Origin: Octopus sinensis
Taxonomy: Eukaryota
Direction of reading: 5' to 3'
Assembly: GCF_006345805.1 (NCBI RefSeq)
Contig: NC_043012.1
Location: 36,394,001-36,458,000 of the forward strand
Length of the DNA stretch: 64,000 nucleotides
In this document: piece by piece, positions 12,043 through 23,912 of the stretch
Layout: the number at the start of each line of letters is the position of its first letter
Position numbering within the stretch: position 1 is the stretch's first letter
The notes under the pieces: generated by a model
Databases searched by the model: none
Told to the model about the DNA's origin: nothing
Seen by the model: only the letters and a program-made list of their open reading frames with translations
Position numbers and translations under genes: made by a program

Positions 12043-12646
12043 ACAAGAACACTGAGAGAGTACAAACCTCCGCCAAGGCAACACCAATGTCCTCTCAACA
12101 ATATGCTAGAGATGATTTTTTTTAAATGAGAATATCTGAAATAAACTGAACTGCTCTCACAAACAGATGGATTCTCAGGAACTGCTGGAATCCATCCAGC
12201 CGTTCCTGAGATATCTTGTCCACAGACAAACAAACACAACTGAAAACAATACCTCCACCTTTGCTAAGGCAGAGGTAATAATAACAAGAGCATTCAGGGA
12301 GTGCAAACCACCACCAAGGCAACACCAGTATCCTCTCGATGATTAGCCAGAGATGATTTTTTTAAATGAGAATATCTGAAATAAACTCGATTGCTCTCAC
12401 AAACAAGAATACTAAAAAGGGACCTGACCGCTCTCAAAATTTAAGTTAAAAAACAGGAAAAATAATCCAGAATCCTTGTCCAGTACCAGATGAATCCCAA
12501 AATCTAATCAGTTTGTGCCAGTCATGATACCAAACATCCCTCAGAGTTTCATCTGAATCCATCCAGTGGTTCTTCAGATATCTTGTCCATGGACAAACAA
12601 ATACGACTGAAAACAATACCTCTGCCTTTCCTAAGGCAGAGGTAAT
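12043..12646 (-). mobile_element. Two tandem Helentron-associated (HINE/DINE-1-like) non-autonomous elements (12043-12280 internally deleted; 12283-12646)
   Basis: Minus strand: 5' palindromic TACCTCTGCC-TTAG..-GGTGGAGGTA, a (GTTT/GTCT) microsatellite, 3' subTIR GGCGGAGGT, a short hairpin GCACTC..GAATGC and a T-rich end; inserted in (TAA)n. Confidence 0.7.
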
Positions 12647-12649
12647 AAT

Positions 12650-13070
12650 ACTTTCTACTATAGGCACAAGGCCTGAAATTTTGTGGGAAAGAGGATATAG
12701 TTGCTTAACTAATTCTCAGTGCTAAACTAATTCTCATTTAATTGGTCCCAAAAGGATGAAAGTTGAACATGGCAGCATTTGAATAAAGACAGTAAAAACA
12801 AAACAAAAAATGCCAAGCATTTTGTCCAACATGCTAAGGATTCTGCCAGCTTACCACCATAAATAATAGTAACGGTTTCAAATGTTGGCACGAGGCTAGC
12901 AGGTTTGGGAGAGGGGCTAAGTTGGTTAAATTGATCCCACTGTTCAGCTGGTGCCTGAAAAAATGAAAGGCAAAGTCGACCTCATTGGAATTTGAACTCA
13001 GAACATGACAAATGAAAAGACAAATGAAATGCCACAAAGCATTTTGCCAGACGATTCTGCCAACTCACAG
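12650..13070 (-). mobile_element. Two SINE S2 copies
   Basis: GAAAGGCAAAGTCGACCTC..GAATTTGAACTCAGAAC motifs. Confidence 0.75.
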
Positions 13071-14358
13071 TAATAGGATCGTAAGAGTATTATTATTAAT
13101 CCACTTCATGGGTTTTTATATCATTATTGTAGTTGAGTCCCAGGTGGTCAAATATAATTATTAAAATTATAGTTATGATGAACCTGTCTTTTTAAGCCAC
13201 AGTGTATCTTGGACTACATTATGTAATAAGCTACAGTAAACTTATGTGAGTGGAATCAGAGAGAGAGAGAGAGGTAAATGTGTTTGTATGTGTGAGAGAG
13301 AGAGTATTTGTACTAGTTAAAAAATACATCTGAGTGGTTTTTTGTTATCAAATTTCATGCTTAATAAATAAAAACAAAGAATATATTAATGGAAAAGACA
13401 GGAGTTTTCCATTTTTCATCTAAAATTGTAGCCATCATTAGGAGTTAGAAAAACAGACCTATTGGCATACAATTTAATGCAGCACGGAATTTTGTCAGTG
13501 AAAAGGTCACAGTCTAAAAGTGACAAAAATATTTTGGTAAATTTAAATGTTGAAGCGAATCTAATGGTTTTTGTGTGTTTTTAAATGACTTAGAAACACC
13601 TTCCACACTGCAATTGTTTTTGTTTCAGCATAGGATCTCAGATCAGGTCACTTGCTATGCAAGTACATCTCAGTTTATTTAATGTTTTTTTTTAAATTTC
13701 TCCTAAACCCTGAGGGAGGTTTTAAGGTTCAGAGCTTATCCCAGGAACCATGACTTGTACTGGTTGTGACAGAAATCTCTCTCTGGGTAAGACACTGTTT
13801 TATCCCAGATGAGATTTTTCAAAATATTCTGGTACGTATTGCTGCTATCGGAGTAAAACAAAGCTATATAAAATAATGTGGTCGGAACAGATATAAAGCA
13901 GGATTTTGAAAAAGCACTGAATTTGAACTCATGACCTGTAGGTAAGTGGAATAATAATTTATTTCATTCAATTATCTTGTTGCTATGAAGGAATCGAAGA
14001 AAACAGAAATGTCAAATAAATTGTTCTGGAGATAAAAATGGCCAAGCAGTGAAAGAAGTGAATTAACAATTCAAATATTATTGAATAAATGCAAGCAACA
14101 GGGGAGCAAAAATAAGTTGTCATTGTACAGAATATATATACATATATATATACATATATATATATATATATTGATAGAAATGGTAAGACAACAAAAAAAT
14201 GAAAGAGACCTCGATATTATGTAAATAGAAGAATTTATCTGTAAATATAATATGAGACAATTATTTGGTAGCCAATGATAAAACTCTGAGTTTTGGACGT
14301 CAGGGCAGAAACCCATGCTGCCATCTCTTCAGTTATCCAGCCATCGAAAAAAAAAAAA

Positions 14359-14389
<31 letters not shown>

Positions 14390-14390
14390 A

Positions 14391-14779
14391 TAGGCATAGG
14401 AGTAGCTATGTGGTAAGTAGCTTGCTTACCAACTACATGGTTCTGGGTTCAGTCCCACTGCGTGGCACCTTGGGCAAGTGTCTTCTACTATAGCCTCGGG
14501 CCGACCAAAGCCTTGTGAGTGGATTTGGTAGAAGGAAACTGAAAGAAGCTCGTTGTATATACGTACATGTATATGTTTGTGTGTCTGTGTTTGTCGCCCC
14601 AACATCGCTTGACAACTGATGCTGGTGTGTTTGCGTCCCCATAACTTAGCAGTTCAGTAAAAGAGACTGATAGAATAAGTACTAGGCTTACAAAGAATAA
14701 GTCATGTGGTCGATTTGCTCGACTAAAGGCGGTGCTCCAGCATGGTCACAGTAAAATGACTGAAACAAGTAAAAGAGTA
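14391..14779 (+). mobile_element. SINE S1, full length
   Basis: Full head-to-tail match to other S1 copies. Confidence 0.9.
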
Positions 14780-14811
14780 TATATATATATATTATATATA
14801 TATGTGTATAT

Positions 14812-14843
<32 letters not shown>

Positions 14844-14850
14844 AATATAT

Positions 14851-15262
14851 AAAAGAAGGTTTGAAAATGCAATTTTAAAGATGTTTATTCACTTGACCGG
14901 TTTCACTTTTTTAGAAAAAGATTGTCAAAAGTAAAATGTAAAGCTTTGTATAAGCTTTGTTGTGTTAAATACTGGTTGACATGAAATATTAAAATACATA
15001 TATACATTCTTTGATTATAATAAGAACATGTTAGAAACAGTTTACAAGGAAAAATCTTGAGAAAATATTAAACAAAAAGTTCAATAAACTGTTTTTATCA
15101 TGTTATTATTATCAAAGAATGTATATGTATTTTAATATTTCGTGACAACCAGTACTTAACACAACAAAGTTTTACATTTTATTTTTGACAATCTTTTTCT
15201 CAAAATGTGAAACCGGTTGTGTGAATAAGCATTTTTTAAAATTGCATTTTCAAACCTTCTTT
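14851..15262. repeat. Fold-back element: ~190-bp imperfect inverted arms, ~40-bp spacer, inserted in (TA)n
   Basis: AAAGAAGGTTTGAAAATGCAATTTTAAA... is mirrored by ...TTTAAAATTGCATTTTCAAACCTTCTTT. Possibly inverted Penelope-like termini. Confidence 0.9.
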
Positions 15263-15316
15263 CATATATATGTCCACTCATGTGGTACCTTACAACTTCA
15301 CTTTGTAATATACATC

Positions 15317-15352
<36 letters not shown>

Positions 15353-15354
<2 letters not shown>

Positions 15355-15756
15355 TCTTTACTCTTTTACATGTTTCAGTCATTTGACTGCGGCCATGCTG
15401 GAGCACCGCCTTTAATCGAGCAACTCGACCCTGGGACTTATTCTTTTGTAAGCCCAGTACTTATTCTATCGGTCTCTTTTGCCGAACCGCTAAGTAACAG
15501 GGACATAAACACACCAGCATCGGTTGTCAAGCAATGCTAGTGGGACAAACACAGACACACAAACACACACACGCATATATATACATATATATGACGGGCT
15601 TCTTTCAATTTCCGTCTACCAAATCCACTCACAAGGCTTTGGTCGACCCGAGGCTATAGCAGAAGACACTTGCCCAAGGTGCCGCGCAGTGGGACTGAAC
15701 CCGGAACCATGTGGTTGGTAAACAAGCTACTTACCACACAGCCACTCCTGCGCCTA
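15353..15756 (-). mobile_element. SINE S1, full length
   Basis: Reverse complement of 14391-14779, about 90% identical by eye. Confidence 0.9.
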
Positions 15757-15775
15757 TAGAAGAAAGTTATATATA

Positions 15776-15984
15776 CAGGATGTTTATAAATTTTCTTTAC
15801 AATTTCAAAAATTCAGAAAAAAATATGTTAGGATGACTCAGCAAAGTTTCTTGAAAAAACAGGCAAAGAAATAAAAGTTTTATTAGAAACATCAGAACAC
15901 TTCCATGTGAACTCCATTGGTCGCACACAACCTGCTGAGTTAACCTATTTCTTCTAATTGTGAAGGTAATTTATGGACAGTGTG
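15776..15984. mobile_element. Tc1/mariner-type MITE (degenerate)
   Basis: Ends TA-CAGGATGTTTATAAAT ... ATTTATGGACAGTGTG. Confidence 0.5.
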
Positions 15985-17235
15985 TGTGTCATTTTAATAC
16001 TCACTTTTCCATTGTTTGCTTAGGTCAGACTGAGTCTGCCGAGAAAGATTTTCTAGAGCCAAATGCCCTTCCTGTTGCCAATCATTAACTGTTACCAAGT
16101 GAGGTATTATTTCCCCATAGCTGGATATGTTTTCACACGCACACACAGACACACACTGGGCTTCTTTCAGTTTCCATCTGCCAAATCCACTCATAAGGCA
16201 TTGGTCAGCCCAGAGCTAGAGTAAAAGACACTTGTGCAAAGTGTCACATAGGGGAATTGAACCTGAAACCATGTGGCCCAGAAGCAAACTTCTCAACCAC
16301 ACACCCACACCTGTGCCAATATATGTATGAGAGAGAGAATGATGGAGAGAGAGAGAGAGTTTATAGATTTACAGGGGAGGAGATGTTACCTATGACAGGT
16401 TAGCATCCAACCCTGCGGCAAATTCATTCCTCATCTCCATAATACAAGAATTGGAGCTAAATCTCACTTTAGTCAGCCCTTGTGGCTTATAAAGTCATCT
16501 ACCCTAGTTGTTTAGAAAATGTGAGACAACTTTGTCCCTTCATGATTCACCGATGCCAATGTGAGACTTCAAGTCCCTTCAAGACCCAAAACTGCTTTCC
16601 CTGACAATGGAGCAGCATTTAGATCACTTCACTGGTTAGTGATAAGATAACTGATAACGTAAAGGAGATGCTAAAGTGGTAGACAGATGCTGCAAGGAAT
16701 AGCTAAAGGTTGGGGGCTAATATGGGAGCTGGAGGGTAAAACTGAAATGTCATCAATGGAGGAAATATTTTATCTTTAATTTATTCAGGCAAACAATTCC
16801 ACCCTAAAACTGGTACTTTAGGTGTTAGTATTTCATTCCATGTTTGTATGTGGGTTTGATGGATATAGGAAGCTATAGAATTACATCAGTAATTCTACTG
16901 ATACAGTATAATGATAGAGTAACAATATGTGTATGTGTGTGTGTGAACTAGAACAATTATTATAATACTATGTGTAGAGAAGAATGAGAAATTACAGTAC
17001 AAATAATAACAATTAACAGAATAATTTTAAAATATGTAGGGGTGTGTGAGTATGTACTCATACACACACATTTTAAATGGAAGTTTTGTTATTTCTGTGG
17101 TACCAAAGGTTTCCCTGTTGACAAAGCATTTTTCAAGCCAAGTTCCAAATATGAAAGACATCCCACACACAAATATCTATGTCACAGCATGGGAGGCAGC
17201 ATTGATTATCTTTATAAAAAAAAAATCTCATCACT

Positions 17236-18301
17236 ATTTTACTTGTTTCAGTCATTGGACTGCAGCCATCCTGGAGCATCGCTTTGTAAGGTTAGTAAAA
17301 CAAATTAACCCCAGTACTTATTCTATCAGTTGCTTTCGCTAAACCACTAGGTCATGGGGATGTAAACAAACCAACACTGGTTGTCAAGTGATGGGATGAT
17401 AAACACAAACACATGCATATGCATATTTATTTCTTTATTGCCCACAGGGGGCCAAACAAGGACAGACAAAGAGATTAAGTCGATTACATCGACCCCAGTG
17501 CATAACTGGTACTTATTTAATCGACCCTGAAAGGATGAAAAGCAAAGTTAACTTTGGTGGGAATTGAACTCAGAACGTAACAGCAGATGAAATACCACTA
17601 AGCATGTCACCCAGCATGCTAACAATTCTGCCAGCTTGCACGCATACACATATGGGATTCCACACAGTTTCTATCCACCAAATTCACTCATAAGGCATTA
17701 GACAGGAGTTGAAGACACCTCCCTAAGGTGCTGCACTGTGGGGTTGAACCCAAAGCTATATGCTTCCAAAGCAAGCTCCTTAACCTAGTTCCACATCTTT
17801 GCAAATATTCAATGACCACCACATTGAATTTTGCTCTAATTCAGAACCACCAGAATTCCTCTTAAATTGTCTACACCTCACTCTCTAAATTTATAATTGT
17901 TTCAACAAGTTCAATATTCTTTCATTTTTTTACTTGTTTCAGTCATTAGAGCACGGCCAAGCTGGGGCACCACCTTGAAGAATTCCAGTCGAACTATTCG
18001 ACTCCTGTACTTACTTTCTTTTTAAACCTGATGCTTATTCCATCGATCTCTTTTACTGAACTGCTAAGTTATGGGGACAGAAACAAACCAACATCAGTTG
18101 TCAAGCAGTGAGGAGGGGGACAAACACAAAGACACACACAACAGGCTTCTTTCAGTTTCCGTCCACCAAATCCACTCACAAGGCTTTGGTTGTCCTGAGG
18201 CTATGGTAGAAGACACTTGCCCAAGGTGCCACACAGTGGGACTGAACATGGAACCATGTGGTTGGGACACAAACCTTTTACCACACAGCCACGCCTGTGC
18301 C
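17236..18301 (-). mobile_element. SINE cluster: S1 interrupted by S2 (17425-17640), then a further S1 (17925-18301)
   Basis: Family motifs as above. Confidence 0.8.
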
Positions 18302-18627
18302 TCTAATATTACAGAATTTTCAAAAAAATGAAGGAGAATCAAATACATTGCCCTTTCTACAAAAGCATCATCAACAATTTAATATCCACCTTTCCATGCT
18401 GGCATGGGTTGGATGAGACACATTTCACACTGATTTACAATCAAATGCCAACCTTGCCCCATCTGCTGGTTGTTTTGTAGAAACTCCCAGTTGATGTGTT
18501 TTTAGCCCAGGTCAGCCCTCATCTGGCAGACCTATGATCTGATCAAAGATATTCCAACAATGACCATGCTGTTTATTACCAATATACAAGGAATGCAGGA
18601 TCACATTATGCATGACCTTTTATTTTG

Positions 18628-18864
18628 TACATTATTTACATTATTTACATTTGACGGATATTTGTCTTCATCTTGTTTGTTGTTAATACGTTTTGGCTGA
18701 TATACCTTCCAGCCTTCATCAGGTGTCTTGGAGAAATTTCGAACCTGGGTTCTCATTCCTAAGGTATATATCGATGTTATTGTTATTATTATTATTCAGG
18801 TTACTGCCAGGAATCGAACTCGGAATCTTGGGGTTAGTAGCCCGCACTCTTAACCACTACACTA
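18628..18864 (-). mobile_element. tRNA-headed short element with a hammerhead-like core and 9-bp TSD
   Basis: A box TAGTGTAGTGG, B box GTTCGATTCC, (TAA)n, CTGATGA-AGGCTG..CAGCC-AAAA-CGT and a (ATGTAAATA) tail. TTTATTTTG occurs at 18619-18627 and 18865-18873. Confidence 0.75.
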
Positions 18865-19339
18865 TTTATTTTGCGATAGTAAGGTGAAATCTGAGGGAGA
18901 CTTAGCTACTATTTCTGACACACTGAGGTTCCTTTGTTATGCCATAGGGTTCTATATCCTCTTCCTCCAAATTAAAATTCCTTTCGATGCCAAATAGTTT
19001 TTTTTGTTTCTATGGCAACAGTCTACAATTGCTGCCAATATAAAGAGATAATTAGATAAATTATAAACCATCTTTCAAAAAAGTTATTTAAAATATATTT
19101 CTATGGTTTAGAATGCAATCCTTACATCATCATCACTTTATATCCGTTGTTCCTGGTATATTTGGGTATTTGCACAAATTCTTGGAGCAGATATTTTATA
19201 ACATGAAGAAACCACAAAACGAGCATTATAATTCTTTAAAATCTCTTGTTTCTAACTGGAAGAAACCTGTTCAAAGAGCAAAGAAGCTCGTTTTCCCTAA
19301 AATTTGATTCTGCTAAAGAAGTTTGGCATTGCTATAAGT

Positions 19340-19781
19340 GAGTGGTTTTAAACTTTAGCACAAAGCCAGCAATTTCGAGGTGGGGGGGGGATATGTTGAT
19401 TACATGGACTCCAGGGCTCAACTGGTACTTATTGTATTGACCCTGAAAGGGAAGATGAGTAAAGTCGACCCCATTAGGAACTTGAACCCAGAATGTAAAG
19501 GCAGATGAAATGCTACTAAGCATTTTGCCTGACATGTTAACAATTCTGCTGGCTTGATGCCTTATAAATGTACCGATATTGACCACTTAGAGAAATCTAT
19601 ACTCATTCCATCATCTTTGTATTTTGCCATCAGCTTTTTCTGTAGACACAGGTTGGGAAGCTCATGTAGTTCCAGGTTCAATCCCTCTGCATGGCACCTT
19701 GGACAAGTGTCTTCAACTATAGCCTTAGTCTGACTAAAGCCTTGTGAATGGATTTGGGAGACGGAAATTGGAAGAAGCCTG

Positions 19782-19834
<53 letters not shown>

Positions 19835-19930
19835 AGAAGGTTTGGAGATGACGTACAGGTATTATATATTAGAAGAAATGAGGTACTCAAAAATCTGGAT
19901 TGGTACTCAGATTTCTGAGTACTTCATTTC

Positions 19931-19974
<44 letters not shown>

Positions 19975-20170
19975 TGTCTATGTGTGTCTGTGTATGTCAC
20001 TGCCACCTCTAGTCCCTGTAACTTAGCAGTTTGGAAAAAGAGGTAGATAGAATAAGTACCAGGCTGAGCAAAAAAAAGTCCTGGAATCAATTCATTTGAC
20101 TAAAAATTCTTCAAGGCAGTGCCCCAGCATGGCCACCGTCTAATGACTAAAACAAGTAAAAGACAAAAGA
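19340..20170. mobile_element. SINE S2 (-, 19340-19565) and SINE S1 (+, 19640-20170) split by (TA)n and a hairpin
   Basis: Family motifs; hairpin at 19865-19940. Confidence 0.75.
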
Positions 20171-20873
20171 TACTTTAATGGGCCACATGTAATTCTTTGC
20201 AGCAGATTTTTTTACAGCTGGATGCTCTTCCTGTTGCCAACACTCACCAGTTTCCATGCGAAGTGATATTTACTCAAGATCTTCACACACAAACAGGACA
20301 GCCAATGCTCACAATTGGAGCAAGATTCGAAACTGAATCATCAGATTGCAAAGTTTAAATCATGGCATAGCAACAACTTGTTTATGGACCAACCAGCAGC
20401 CTGACTTCAAGTGATGGATCATTCTAGATCTTTCTGAGAATGTCCCTGTACAATGGTTATAAAAAGGCATGTTTTTAGTGCTAACCTTTAGCGTGTGGCA
20501 ACCTGCAGTTCAGCCCCACACACTCTCTAGCTGTTTATAATAGTCATTTTCACTGCTGCTACTCAAACCTTGGTATGTCGTTAGAGTTGGTTGGCTTAAA
20601 TCTAATGTACATACTTTTTCCTGTCTTAGCAAGCTTAATTAAGTACAGAGATTTTGTAATCAACTATTTATGAATGCTACAGAATTATTCTTTCAACTGT
20701 GTTGACTTGTTAAAACTTTCTAATTCATGACCAACCTGAAAATTCTCCAGTGCACTGAAACGAAACTCATGATTAAATGTTTGCGAGGTGTTGTTGCAGC
20801 ACTTGCATGCAGCTACAGTGCAAACATGTTTGTGACGCAGTCCTTGACAGAGAGTTAAAATAAGAAGACTTAC

Positions 20874-20987
20874 TTCAGTGGAATAACTGGAGTTACTTTC
20901 CCCATCTTCAGGGTAAAGATGAACCCTTCAACAGCAATAAAAAGGAACTGACTGAATGTTACGATGTTGCCGCTGCTGGGGGCTTCA
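20874..20987 (-). CDS. SLC35B4: SLC35B4 coding exon 2
   Basis: Acceptor ...tcatttatctttcag| followed by 114 nt encoding (N)EAPSSGNIVTFSQFLFIAVEGFIFTLKMGKVTPVIPL-AA|GTAAGT. Matches the SLC35B4 motif GNIVTFAQFLFIAVEGF; phase 2/2, in frame with exon 1. Confidence 0.95.
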
Positions 20988-21112
20988 CTGAAAGATAAAT
21001 GATACAGAATCATAAGAGAAACACACAGCATAATATAACGGATCATATGTTATTGGCAATATAGGGCTGGCAATAAAAATATTATTATTACGGAACATGA
21101 TAATAATCAAAC

Positions 21113-21376
21113 ACAGTGAGAGTACATGGCCCAGTGGTTAGGCTGTTGTACTCACAATCGCTACATCATGGGTTCGATTCCAAGATGGGGCAGTGATTTT
21201 GTTCTTGAGCAAGACATTTCATTTCACATTGCTACAGTCCTCCTTTCAATCAGCAGGGTATGTTGGCCAGCTCACCTAGCGGGTGGAGTGGCATCATTCG
21301 AAGGCTAAAACAATGCAATGCAAAGTGCATTGTGACCAGTGATGTGTAACAACAACAGCTAGTCTGGTCATGGTGT
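21113..21376 (+). mobile_element. tRNA-derived SINE family S3
   Basis: TGGCCCAGTGGTTAGG..GGTTCGATTCC head, CORE-like CTTGAGCAAGAC, and tail CGAAGGCTAAAACAATGC..TGTGACCAG shared with 53709-53957. Confidence 0.8.
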
Positions 21377-21740
21377 TATAGAACATATATCATACACAAT
21401 ACAGAACTGGCAATATAAACATTATAAGAGATCATAGTGTGTTATAACAGAACTGATAAGTGGTAGAGTACGGATAATGAAGAACTAATGAAAAAAGCAT
21501 GATAGATGTGTTATAGAATAATTTACAATTCACAACAGAAGCAACAGATGTGATGTAGAAGATAGGGCAACAATCACAATGGACAGTTATAGAAAATAAA
21601 GTACTAATAGCAGAAGATAAAGTGTGATAAGAGAACATGTATTATAAACAATACAGAACTGCTAAGAGAAATATTTTTATATTTCATGTAACAATTTCCA
21701 CACCTTAAAATATGCTTTATTTTAATTTTTTTTTTAAAAT

Positions 21741-21934
21741 TTGTTTCAGTCATTTGACTGTGGCCATGCTGGAGCTCTGCCTTTAGTCGAGCAAATCGCC
21801 CCCAGGACTTATTCTTTGTAAGCCTAGTATTTATTCTGTCAGTCTCTTTTGCCAAAACGCTAAGTTACGGGGACATAAACACACCAACATCAGTTGTCAA
21901 GCGATGGTGGGGGGACAAACACAGACACAGAAGC

Positions 21935-21973
<39 letters not shown>

Positions 21974-22154
21974 ATATATATAATATACATACATACGATG
22001 AGCTTCTTTCAGTTTCCATCTACCAAATCCACTCACAAGGCTTTGGTGAACCTGAGGCTATAGTAGAAGACACCCAAGGTGCCATGTGTGAAACTGAACC
22101 CGGAATCATGTGGTTGGTAAGTAAGCTACTTACCACATAGCCACTCCTGCACCT
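21741..22154 (-). mobile_element. SINE S1, full length
   Basis: Family match. Confidence 0.88.
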
Positions 22155-22842
22155 GTTATCAATTTTTACAATAGAAAAATTCTACAATTTGGGAGTGGAA
22201 CCCTAACAAGAAAAGCCAAATTCTTCAAAAAGTGATGGCAGTGGTAAGTGAAACTGTAAATATCAATTCTTGTTAGAGCAGAGGTGAGGAAAATTCTTAT
22301 TAGCACCTGGCAAAATTATTATTGCAACACACCTGTAAGAGTGCAATTGGATGGAGAAAAATAATGATTTTTACAGATTTATACATTCACTCTTCAACCT
22401 GACCGTTACCATCATCCTCATCATTTAACATCTGTTGTCCATGCTGGCATGGGTTGGACAGTTTGACCAGGGCTGGCAAGGCTGGAAGGATGTACCAGAC
22501 ACTCCAGTCTGACAATCTTTAAAATTGTTATCTACCTCCCCTCACTTATTGCCTCCCAATCTTCTGTATACTCTTGTAACCTCCAACCACCCACCCACAC
22601 TCCTGGTTGCTCTGTCACCAATGACTTCCACTTTACCTCATACCTTGAGGGGCCACCCTGCATTTGCACATGCAAGCACAGGCCTAGTAGCCTAATTACT
22701 GTAGCCTCTCAAAATGATATTTGACCCCAAGGTAATACATACCCTACAAATCCAGTTAATATTACCAAAATATATAATACCACACCAACATTTCAAGTAT
22801 AAACATTTATATCTATAATATAAACCATGACCAATATGTATA

Positions 22843-23065
22843 TCATCATCGTCGTTTAACGTCCGCTTTCCATGCTAGCATGGGTTGGACAGTTTGACTG
22901 TGGGCTGGCAAACCAGATGGCTGCACCAGGCTCAATCTGATCTGGCAGAGTTTCTACAGCTGGATGCCTTTCCTAACGCCAATCACTCTGAGAGTGTAGT
23001 GGGTGCTTTTATGTGATGCCGGCACGGGGGCCAGTCAGGCAGTACTGGCAACGACCTTGCTCAAA
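22843..23065 (-). mobile_element. RTE 3'UTR end
   Basis: CATCATCGTCGTTTAACGTCCGCTTTCCATGC...CTGGATGCCTTTCCTAACGCC. Confidence 0.82.
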
Positions 23066-23538
23066 TTTTTTTACATATAAACAAACAAATAAAACAAGAA
23101 TCTCCATTAGCATGAGTATATCGCAACACCCAACCATAATTAACATCCCGTATAATATGAATAAGCTTGCTTTGAGGAAGACAAGCAGTGGTCCATGGAT
23201 GCAAGTCTCACCTCTACATGTCACAGATGTTCACAAACTTGAGTCAATGTAGTTTGGCATTGGTGTTGTTGCAGACATTGCTGTTAGAACACAAAGAACT
23301 GGAGCAGATACCACAAGGCATCTTGTCAGACCCTCTAACAGTCCCATCAATCCGTTGCTTGGGATTGAATCTTCTCTTTTATTGACCTTGAAAGGATGCA
23401 AAGTGAAGTTGACCCCAGCAGGATTTGAACTCACATTGCAATGCAATGGAAAACATACCACAAGGCATTCTATCCAACACAAATTATTCTATCATTTCAT
23501 CACTTTCTTGGTAATAGAGTTTCTGTCATATTTTTTAA

Positions 23539-23650
23539 ACACACACAAACACACACACTGAGTCATACACACACAAACACACACACTGAGTCATACACAC
23601 ACAAACACACACTGAGTCATACACACAAACACACACACTGAGTCACGGTT
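23539..23650. repeat. 26-28-bp minisatellite, 4 units each carrying TGAGTCA
   Basis: ACACACAAACACACACACTGAGTCAT repeated. Confidence 0.9.
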
Positions 23651-23912
23651 ACTCACACATGGTGAGTCTTTCACACACTAACTTCACTAAATGATAAATC
23701 TACAGTTATTAGTTAGCCCTAAAAATCAACAATGACTGAGCAGGCATGTGATCAAAGTTACTCCACCCATGACCATCACAGTAACAAATTTTTTTTCGTT
23801 TGTTTTGATTTTTATAAGTTTTATCAGGTCAGGTGACAGCATGGATGCATTTTTATTGACTCATTAAGTCTGCAGTTAACAGGCGAAGTCATACAATTTG
23901 ACTGATTTTTTT

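Noticed and set aside
15180-15225. Hammerhead in the fold-back arm (TTGACAA...GAAACCGGTT)
   Set aside because: Only the GAAACCGGT part fits. The core and stems I/II are not supported, so it is at most a vestige.
18810-18864. tRNA gene (also the heads at 21120-21185, 53890-53957 and 56165-56230)
   Set aside because: A/B boxes are present but the acceptor stems are incomplete, and each continues into a repeat body. These are SINE heads.
1-20873. SLC35B4 exon 3
   Set aside because: No NNYAL/PLHMIFRS-like segment with splice sites was found. The YMIFK look-alike near 6815-6835 lacks flanking similarity.
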